From an uncultured Gammaproteobacteria bacterium (GTDB lineage: Bacteria > Patescibacteriota > Patescibacteriia > 2-01-FULL-39-33): a stretch of 64,000 nt of DNA. The notes under the pieces were generated by a model. That model ran no database searches and was not told the origin of the DNA. It was given only the letters and a program-made list of their open reading frames with translations. Shown one piece after another: positions 57,294 to 64,000 of the stretch (position 1 is the first letter of the stretch; every line of letters starts with the position of its first letter). The stretch is taken from NCBI GenBank assembly GCA_964558935.1, contig CAZLFP010000004.1, positions 28,001 through 92,000 on the forward strand. The letters are read 5' to 3'. Made by a program: the position numbers and the translations under genes.

Positions 57294-58418
57294 ATGTCAA
57301 ATAAACTGCTCTACATCGTAACTCAATCTGATTCAGGCGGCGCCCAAAAGTATGTTTATGATTTAGCCACTTCTTCACAGGCTCAAAATTACGATCTAAC
57401 AGTCGCCTATGGCATAGATGGAGATAAGGTCTTAGCCCAACAATTGGAGTCTAAAAACATCCCACAGATTGAAATTAAAAATCTGGTCAGAGCCATTTGC
57501 CCGCTTAAAGATATCCAAGCGGTGTTTGAGCTTAAAAAGCTATATTCCTCACTTGAACCAAATGTTATTCACTTAAACAGCACTAAAGCGGGTGTTGTCG
57601 GCTCTTTGGCCTATTCTCTCATGAATAAGGAGTATAAACAAAAAACCAAACTAATCTATACCTGCCACGGTTGGGTCTTTAATGAGTCGCTTTCGTTTTT
57701 AAAAAAGAAACTCTTTACCTATCTGGAAAAAGTGACTGCCAAACCGAAAGACAAGATTCTGTGCGTTTCAGATTACGACAGACGCATTGGTTTGGATTAT
57801 CAGATTGCCAAACCAGATACACTGGTCACGGTGCATAATGGCATAGATACTAACCAATCGTTCCTGAGTAAGCAACAAGCCAGAGAGGCATTAAACCTAC
57901 CTCAAGACACATGTATAATTGGCAGTATTGGCAACTTTTACGCCAATAAAGGCTTTACATATTTGATTGAAGCAGCCAGTAGGTTAGATAATTGCCTCTT
58001 GGTCATCATTGGTGATGGCAGTTTACGACCCGACTTGGAAGACCAAATCAGAAAAAACAAGCTTCAAGATAAAGTCAGACTTTTAGGCAAAAAAGAACGC
58101 GCCTCGCAATATCTGAAAGCTTTTGATATCTATATCTGCTCCTCAATTAAAGAGGGTCTTTCTTACACACTCCTGGAAGCGAGTTTGGCCGGACTTCCAA
58201 TAATTGCGACTCAAGTGGGAGGCAATCCGGAAATTGTCATCAACCAAAAAACTGGCATTATAATACCAGTTAAAGACACCCAAGCGATGGTTAATAGCAT
58301 CCAATTACTGAAAGATAATTTAGAGCTCAGACACACCTTAGGCAAGCAGGCCAGACAACACGTCTTAGACCACTTTTCCCTGTCAGCCATGATTGAAAAA
58401 ACCTTTCAACACTATTGA
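57294..58418 (+). CDS. Family-4 glycosyltransferase
   Basis: EGLSYTLLEASLAGLPIIATQVGG...G. Confidence 0.8.
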   Translation: MSNKLLYIVTQSDSGGAQKYVYDLATSSQAQNYDLTVAYGIDGDKVLAQQLESKNIPQIEIKNLVRAICPLKDIQAVFELKKLYSSLEPNVIHLNSTKAGVVGSLAYSLMNKEYKQKTKLIYTCHGWVFNESLSFLKKKLFTYLEKVTAKPKDKILCVSDYDRRIGLDYQIAKPDTLVTVHNGIDTNQSFLSKQQAREALNLPQDTCIIGSIGNFYANKGFTYLIEAASRLDNCLLVIIGDGSLRPDLEDQIRKNKLQDKVRLLGKKERASQYLKAFDIYICSSIKEGLSYTLLEASLAGLPIIATQVGGNPEIVINQKTGIIIPVKDTQAMVNSIQLLKDNLELRHTLGKQARQHVLDHFSLSAMIEKTFQHY

Positions 58419-60499
58419 TCGGCTTCTTCAATCTGAGTCATAATATTGGCGTACCACTCTTGTCTACCGGGTGAGGCCTCAATAACTCGAGCTGCAGTTT
58501 CCCTGGCTTGGTCGAAATTCTCAGCCAACATATATGAGGTGGCTAGATTTTGCATGAAATCGATATTCGCCGGATTCAAGTTAGAAGCTTGCTTAAAATA
58601 TTCCAAACTCTTTTCTCTTGCTTCCTGTGCCAAATCACCTTGTTTTTGGTAACCGTAATAGTCACTCAGACGTAAATAGGTATCTCCCATTTCAATATAG
58701 AATTGTTGACGATTGGGGCTGTATTGAATGGCTTGGTCAAATATTTCAATATTTTTTTGCAGCCTTTCGGGATTGAACATAGCCGCATGATTGTTAAAAC
58801 TTAGTAGCATAATGTAATTCATGGCACTGTGATCATTATCCTTTAACTGCTCAGCCAATTTCAATTCAACATCCTGGGCAAACACAGTCATGCCCTGGAC
58901 TATCTGAGGATCGCTAAATTTACCGCTTTTGGCAAATTGGTCCATCACATCCATAAAAAAAGTGTAATACTGCTTGCGGTATTCTTCATTGCCCATAGTT
59001 TCCATGGCAAAAACCTGGTCAAACATCAACATTCTCTTGTCCAACGGCACGTCATTTGCCGCTAGTGCTTTGACTAAATTCAAATTAGCCTGAACCGGGC
59101 GAATGTTAAAAGTATACATCATGGGCAAAATTAGTATCAGATAGATAATCAATAACACCGTTTGAGTGGTTTTTTCTTGTACAGCGAATTTGGTACTGGA
59201 ATACATACTGGCAAAACCAATAACTAAAAACAAAGGTATATAAGTCACCAGGGCTTCAAAAATAAACAAGTTTTGGATGAAATAAGCCAGGATTATCAAT
59301 GAAATAATCATTGGCGTTAAATATTTATTCTTCTGCTCCAATTTCCAATACTTTTTCCAAATCAGATAAACCGGCACCAGCAAAAAGGCTAAATAAGTCA
59401 ACAAACCAACCAAACCGCCGGTAACCAAACGATCAAAAATAAGATTATGCGCTCGGTCAAACCAAACCACGGAGTGTGCCTTGCGATGAATCTCAGGCTT
59501 AAAATACTTGTCAAAAACCTGGTAAAAGTTTTCTTGTCCCCAACCTAAAAGCGGCCTGTCCAAAAAACCTTGCCAGGATGACTGCCAGGTCAGTAAACGA
59601 TTACTGGCCGTGACATCTGTTAAAGAGATTGAAGTCAGACGAGATAAAATGGGGTTACTTTTGACAAAAGACGCCTCTTTATTGCTCCAAATATATACGG
59701 GAAAGAGAAGCGAAATAACAATAACGGCTACACCCAGATAACTGGCATGTTTGCGATTAAAAATCGAATTGCCACTGAGATCTTTCAGGTAATAGAATAA
59801 GAAGTAGATGATGAAAATAAAAGCGGATATACCCAAGGCAATGATGCCACCGCGGGTGTAAGTTAAAACAGTGATAAAAATCTGAAGCGCTATAGCCGGC
59901 AAATAATACAACATCAACTTGATATTGCGGTTAAGTGCCAAGAACAGACCAATGTAAATGGCAAAAATCAAATAGCCTGCCATATATCCGGCATTGCCCA
60001 AAGTACCGGCCAGCCTGGATCCGCCACTTGATGCCATGACAATCGGTAAATTTAAATACTGAGCCAGAGCATATAAAGCAACGCAAAGACTGGCGGCAAA
60101 AAAGATATCAAACATCCATAACCACTCCCGCTTGCTTCTTAGGAAATTGGTTAGGATTAAGAAGAAAAGAAACAGATGAATGAGTAATAACAGCCCTTCA
60201 CTTCTTTCGTTGTTACTCCAAAAACTGCGTAGAAAATCATCACCCAATAAACTGGAAATTAAGCTGATAAATAGATAGGCTAATAAGATTAAACTAATGG
60301 TGTTGAATTTGAGCTTGTAATCACGACTGACAACCGTCAACCACAAAAAAGCCAAAAAAATTAGTTCCACCGTGACTCTAAAAACCAGAGTTTTGCCCAC
60401 AATAAAGGGAAAGTACATTTTCTCGGCAATGTATAGACTGCAAGCAAAGCAAATCACAATGAAACCCAGCCAGATGATTGTTTTTAAGACTTTTTCCAT
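58412..60499 (-). CDS. O-antigen-ligase (Wzy_C) family membrane protein fused to C-terminal TPR repeats (WaaL/O-oligosaccharyltransferase-like)
   Basis: It has at least 10 TM helices. The Wzy_C signature loop is ...YTRGGIIALG... and ...FDRAHNLIFDRLVTGGLVGLL (conserved AHN). The C-terminal ~200 aa are TPR-like. The start is taken at MEKVLK, because the ORF-track extension reads through the terminator hairpin. Confidence 0.7.
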   Translation of the reverse strand: MEKVLKTIIWLGFIVICFACSLYIAEKMYFPFIVGKTLVFRVTVELIFLAFLWLTVVSRDYKLKFNTISLILLAYLFISLISSLLGDDFLRSFWSNNERSEGLLLLIHLFLFFLILTNFLRSKREWLWMFDIFFAASLCVALYALAQYLNLPIVMASSGGSRLAGTLGNAGYMAGYLIFAIYIGLFLALNRNIKLMLYYLPAIALQIFITVLTYTRGGIIALGISAFIFIIYFLFYYLKDLSGNSIFNRKHASYLGVAVIVISLLFPVYIWSNKEASFVKSNPILSRLTSISLTDVTASNRLLTWQSSWQGFLDRPLLGWGQENFYQVFDKYFKPEIHRKAHSVVWFDRAHNLIFDRLVTGGLVGLLTYLAFLLVPVYLIWKKYWKLEQKNKYLTPMIISLIILAYFIQNLFIFEALVTYIPLFLVIGFASMYSSTKFAVQEKTTQTVLLIIYLILILPMMYTFNIRPVQANLNLVKALAANDVPLDKRMLMFDQVFAMETMGNEEYRKQYYTFFMDVMDQFAKSGKFSDPQIVQGMTVFAQDVELKLAEQLKDNDHSAMNYIMLLSFNNHAAMFNPERLQKNIEIFDQAIQYSPNRQQFYIEMGDTYLRLSDYYGYQKQGDLAQEAREKSLEYFKQASNLNPANIDFMQNLATSYMLAENFDQARETAARVIEASPGRQEWYANIMTQIEEADQ

Positions 60500-60534
60500 G
60501 TACCCATCATAACAGAAATAGCGATTAAAATCAA

Positions 60535-60565
60535 ACCCCGCTCCCATAAGAGAGCGGGGTTTTAG
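60535..60565 (-). terminator. Rho-independent terminator-like hairpin (AACCCCGCTC-loop-GAGCGGGGTT). On the minus-strand transcript a U-rich tract follows it, downstream of the giant surface-protein gene.
   Basis: A perfect 10-bp GC-rich inverted repeat read in the sequence. It sits in the 108-nt gap between the two genes. Confidence 0.55.
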
Positions 60566-60607
60566 CAATCTGAAAATTCAGATTGTATCTAGTAGACTAA
60601 CTGGGAA

Positions 60608-63600
60608 TTAGTAAGACTTAGATAGAGCTGATCCGAATACATCATATGAGTCAGATGCGGTATATGGAACAGTATTTTCAGTACTATCAATTGGTGTGTA
60701 ATGGTAACCAATAGCATCAGCAGTATTGGTAGTACCCCAGGAAGTATCACCGTCAGCACCACCAGTATCTAAAGCATTGAATTGAGTAGTACCGTTAATA
60801 GCACCACTTAAAGTCACTGTCTTCTGAGAAGCACCAACACCTGCGTACAATGTATTAGCACTCACAGTCAATGTTCTTGACTCGCCTGGTTCGATTTCGA
60901 AGTTATCCAATACGCTGCCAACATCATTAGTACTGTTAAAGACTGCGTCAACGGTAGCGCGTGTTGAAGATACACGACCAACATCTGCGTTATCGGCAAA
61001 CTCAGCTAACAGAGTACCGCCTTCCCACAACTTGAAGTTATAAACATAACCATCTGTGCCAAAACCGGTACCGGTTATGGTAGTAGTTACGCTAGATAAT
61101 CTCATAGATCTATTACCATTGTTGGTAACAGTAAACTTGAAGATATTAGCGGTGGCACTAATTTGGTAAGTAGTACCCAAAGAAACTTCAGCTACGGTTG
61201 GAGCAGCGTTGTGATACAAGCTCATGGTTGAAGTTGCAAAGTATTCATTGGTGGTATTGTCTCCAGCGGTCGCATCAATTTGAGATGTACTTAAGGAGTT
61301 ACCGGATGAATCTTTAGCTTGCAAATAAGTCGAGCTGTCGCTTAACACAACGAAAGCGTTCTTAGAAGCAACATCAATTTGGTCGTTAATCACGGCTTTT
61401 AAGACTAAGTACTTGGTATCATTGGCATCAACGGTCCAGTCAAATCCATCAAAAGTAAGTCGGCCGGCGATATAAGTCGCGTCGTCAATTGGGTTTGACA
61501 TATCATCTGCATCAAATAATTCAAAACCACCAAAGTTAGAAGCGGTTGTATCGTTGGCACCGGTTTCGGTTCGGCTGAAGAAAGACAATCGGCTAAAAGT
61601 AACATCGTCACCAGTAGCTTCAACTTTCCACTTACCAACCTGTTCGAGGTCTGAACCAGCTAATTTAATCTCAGATTGAGTGGTAGTGTCGTTTGCAGCA
61701 CTAATAACTACGTTAGCGCTACCAATTGCAATCGTTTGACCATTTTGTGGGTCATTACTGACTGATGTGGAATTACCGCTTTCATCACCGGAATAGGTCC
61801 AACCTTGCATTTCTACATTACAACCAGTTTTGTCATCAGCACCGGCTAAGACATAAGCCCAGACTTCAACCTTGGTTGATTCATTCTTGTCCAATTCAAT
61901 ATTAACAGAGAATGAGTTGGAAGAAGTGGCAACTGTGCTGATAGTATCACCAAACTGAGTATTCTTGCCTCCATCCCACAATTCCATATTCTGGATATCA
62001 GAACCATTACCACTGAAATTGCCCTCAATGTCAACAGTTAAATTGCTAACTGTAACCGGTTCGGCATTGCCAGCAGCTACGATAAACTGACCAATTTTCT
62101 GGCTAGAACCTTTAGCAACGGTAGAATTTGGGAAAGCTGTATCCTTAACGACTGTTAAATTAACAGTTTCAACAGTTAAAACATTACCAGAAGCACCAGT
62201 GTATGAAGTAGATGGTAGATTATCTGCAAAATCCAAAGTGGATTTTCTCTTAGCATAGAAATTACCGATAGATGCTTGGTAAGTATCACCGTTAGCGTTA
62301 GCATCGATATCAGCAATCACTTCAACTAAAGCAGTCTCACCTGATTCAATGGTGTAATATGATGACAGAGTGAATTGTTCACCCAGACCATATACAGCAC
62401 CGGCAGTAGCGCCGGGAGTTGCACCAGAATCATAAGTAGCAGACGTGGTTAAAACAGTTTCACCGTCAATCTTGACGATCAAATTACCGGCTAAATCAGT
62501 TGTACCGGCAGTAGTCGCAATCTTAAGACCAATCTTTCTGATTTCCATATCTTCACCTACTGCTTTAACATCAAACTTACCGATAACTAAGTCATCAGCA
62601 CCGGCTGCAACATTGCCAGATAAAGAAGCACTGGCTTTGCTCAAGTTCAAAGTACCTGATTTCATTTTCCAATAACCATTGGTTGAGGTCTCAGCACTCC
62701 AAGAACCGCCGTCTGTATCAGTAGGAGTCAGGTAATAACCCTGGTCCTTATCCTTAATCATGATGTCATATTCACTCTGGATGTTAACTCGGAAGTAGTT
62801 ACCTGATCCGTCTTCAATAACACCTTTTAAGGTTAAAGTTCGGTTGTTGCTTGAACCGATGGTATATGGAGTATCCAATACGATGGTAGCATAACGATCA
62901 TAAATATAATCAGTAGAACCTAATAAAGTGTTGTCAGGAGCATATAAAGATAGCATACCGACATCACCGTCTTTGGCTGTACCTTCAAAGAAGAAAGTAA
63001 CCTTGTCTAACTGAATATCATTCTTACCTGAACTCTCAGTGATTTTGAATTTGTAAATTTCCTTCTCATCACCGATCTCAACATTGGCTGAATCGGTTGA
63101 AGCATTATTACCACCAACAGCCTGAGCTGCTACAGTGGCGGTAGATAATGAAGAAGAACCGTCTTGAACACTGAAAGTGTTACCAGCAATTGGATAGCTG
63201 GCCATGGTATCGCTAGCATTGGAATCAACATCAACAATGCTGGCACCAACTGTACCGCCGTTAGCATCTGCTCCAATATTGAAAGCGACTAACAAGGTTT
63301 CAGTTGAATTGGCATCAACTGGAATTGGGTAAGAACCAAAACCAATTGTAACTTCGTTATTGCTGTTGAAAGAAGTCATGACATCACCATGTCTGTTACC
63401 GTCTGCATCCCAAACACTCACGCCAGTCACATTGGAATTGGCGATCAAACCGGTTCTCTTAATAGTCACGCCTTCAACATCAATCGCTTCGCCTGAAGCG
63501 GATAAATTGACTTTAAGCATTGGTTGGTATGCAATGCCATCAGCAATGGTAGTAGCTGCTGGAGTATCTGAAGCTAAAGTTACGCTTAAAGTACCTGAAG

Positions 63601-64000
63601 ACATATCTCCACCTTCTTCGTCGAACATGGGTTTGGCAATAGCTGCTTCTTCGCCAGTGATAGACTCACCGGAATCATAAGTCATTGAAGTTGGAACAGT
63701 GACAACTGCGGTGTCTTTGAAGCTATTAGCGACAAAGCCTTCGTCAGTTACCATTCTCTTCATGCCGTCTTCAATATAATAAACATCATCAGATCCTTCG
63801 TATTTAATCAAAGAACCGTCAGGTAGATTTGAATCAGCAGTTAAAGTACCGCCAGTCTTTGAGTAATTGTTTTCAAAACCGTTTTGAATAGTAATTACTC
63901 TGTCTTGCCAGTCATCACCATATAAAGCGATGGCAGCATCCTCATCCTCAAGATGAGCTAAAACATTACCTGGTAAAACAGCATAAGTCTTAGGACTGTT
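60608..64000 (-). CDS. Giant secreted/cell-surface repeat protein (more than 1130 aa; N-terminus lies beyond the window end). It is Thr/Ser/Asn/Gly/Val/Asp-rich, with tandem beta-sandwich (Ig-like) repeat modules.
   Basis: The frame stays open to position 64000 (manual translation upstream of the ORF-track TTG 'start'). The composition is low-complexity, and recurring ~100-aa segments carry alternating hydrophobic beta-strand patterns. The N-terminal region has a (L/V)IKYEGSDDVYYIEDGMKRMVTDEGF motif. Confidence 0.6.
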   Translation of the reverse strand, partial: NSPKTYAVLPGNVLAHLEDEDAAIALYGDDWQDRVITIQNGFENNYSKTGGTLTADSNLPDGSLIKYEGSDDVYYIEDGMKRMVTDEGFVANSFKDTAVVTVPTSMTYDSGESITGEEAAIAKPMFDEEGGDMSSGTLSVTLASDTPAATTIADGIAYQPMLKVNLSASGEAIDVEGVTIKRTGLIANSNVTGVSVWDADGNRHGDVMTSFNSNNEVTIGFGSYPIPVDANSTETLLVAFNIGADANGGTVGASIVDVDSNASDTMASYPIAGNTFSVQDGSSSLSTATVAAQAVGGNNASTDSANVEIGDEKEIYKFKITESSGKNDIQLDKVTFFFEGTAKDGDVGMLSLYAPDNTLLGSTDYIYDRYATIVLDTPYTIGSSNNRTLTLKGVIEDGSGNYFRVNIQSEYDIMIKDKDQGYYLTPTDTDGGSWSAETSTNGYWKMKSGTLNLSKASASLSGNVAAGADDLVIGKFDVKAVGEDMEIRKIGLKIATTAGTTDLAGNLIVKIDGETVLTTSATYDSGATPGATAGAVYGLGEQFTLSSYYTIESGETALVEVIADIDANANGDTYQASIGNFYAKRKSTLDFADNLPSTSYTGASGNVLTVETVNLTVVKDTAFPNSTVAKGSSQKIGQFIVAAGNAEPVTVSNLTVDIEGNFSGNGSDIQNMELWDGGKNTQFGDTISTVATSSNSFSVNIELDKNESTKVEVWAYVLAGADDKTGCNVEMQGWTYSGDESGNSTSVSNDPQNGQTIAIGSANVVISAANDTTTQSEIKLAGSDLEQVGKWKVEATGDDVTFSRLSFFSRTETGANDTTASNFGGFELFDADDMSNPIDDATYIAGRLTFDGFDWTVDANDTKYLVLKAVINDQIDVASKNAFVVLSDSSTYLQAKDSSGNSLSTSQIDATAGDNTTNEYFATSTMSLYHNAAPTVAEVSLGTTYQISATANIFKFTVTNNGNRSMRLSSVTTTITGTGFGTDGYVYNFKLWEGGTLLAEFADNADVGRVSSTRATVDAVFNSTNDVGSVLDNFEIEPGESRTLTVSANTLYAGVGASQKTVTLSGAINGTTQFNALDTGGADGDTSWGTTNTADAIGYHYTPIDSTENTVPYTASDSYDVFGSALSKSY

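Noticed and set aside
1-64000. Search for a CRISPR array, tRNA/rRNA genes, IS elements, integrases and prophage genes.
   Set aside because: I saw no direct-repeat/spacer periodicity and no transposase/integrase/recombinase-like ORF. RmuC is a housekeeping recombination protein. All intergenic gaps are under 250 nt and show no tRNA-like cloverleaf potential.

Overview
This is a 64-kb window from an AT-rich bacterial chromosome (GC looks about 35-40% by eye). It is gene-dense, with about 65 protein-coding genes, and more than 90% of them lie on the minus strand. I found no rRNA, tRNA, CRISPR array, transposase or integrase, and no large repeats. The organism appears to be an uncultivated small-genome anaerobe; a CPR/Patescibacteria-like origin is my inference only.

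The window divides into five blocks:
- (i) 0.1-3.4 kb: three family-2 glycosyltransferases, including a processive cellulose/chitin-synthase-like enzyme with TED and QxxRW motifs.
- (ii) 3.5-10.7 kb: a lower-glycolysis cluster, pgk - Bax-inhibitor-like membrane protein - SIMPL protein - eno - two tandem, divergent gpmI (iPGM) paralogs.
- (iii) 10.7-21.4 kb: the four subunits of a cytoplasmic group-3 (3b/sulfhydrogenase-like) [NiFe]-hydrogenase (beta, gamma, delta, alpha). The gene set is broken up by two tandem 7TM-PAS sensor paralogs, hypC, a DMT transporter, unknown ORFs and aspS. Next to it sits a HypA-like Ni-metallochaperone that lacks the zinc finger.
- (iv) 21.4-27.5 kb: housekeeping genes (galU, AlkD-like repair enzyme, apt, MTA/purine nucleoside phosphorylase, rmuC) plus a GT-C-like membrane protein, a Cys-rich lipoprotein and two mini zinc-ribbon proteins.
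- (v) 27.5-64 kb: a very large surface-glycan / glycoconjugate locus. It holds eight GT4, three GT2, a WbaP-like priming phosphotransferase, Wzx, a TagF-like glycerophosphotransferase with a cytidylyltransferase, a sulfotransferase, a B12-binding radical-SAM enzyme, SAM methyltransferases, an AsnB-type amidotransferase, a UXS-like decarboxylase, a truncated UDP-sugar dehydrogenase, GtrA, a VanZ-like protein, a secreted subtilase, and a bactofilin-like double-zinc-ribbon protein. It ends with a Wzy_C(O-antigen-ligase)-TPR protein next to a giant (>1100 aa, N-terminus off-window) Thr/Ser/Asn-rich repeat surface protein. That pairing is a candidate protein O-glycosylation / S-layer-like system.

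Several sigma70-like promoters sit with their -10 hexamer only 6-12 nt from the start codon, which suggests leaderless or very-short-leader mRNAs. All calls rest on motif recognition in the supplied translations and sequence; no database search was run.
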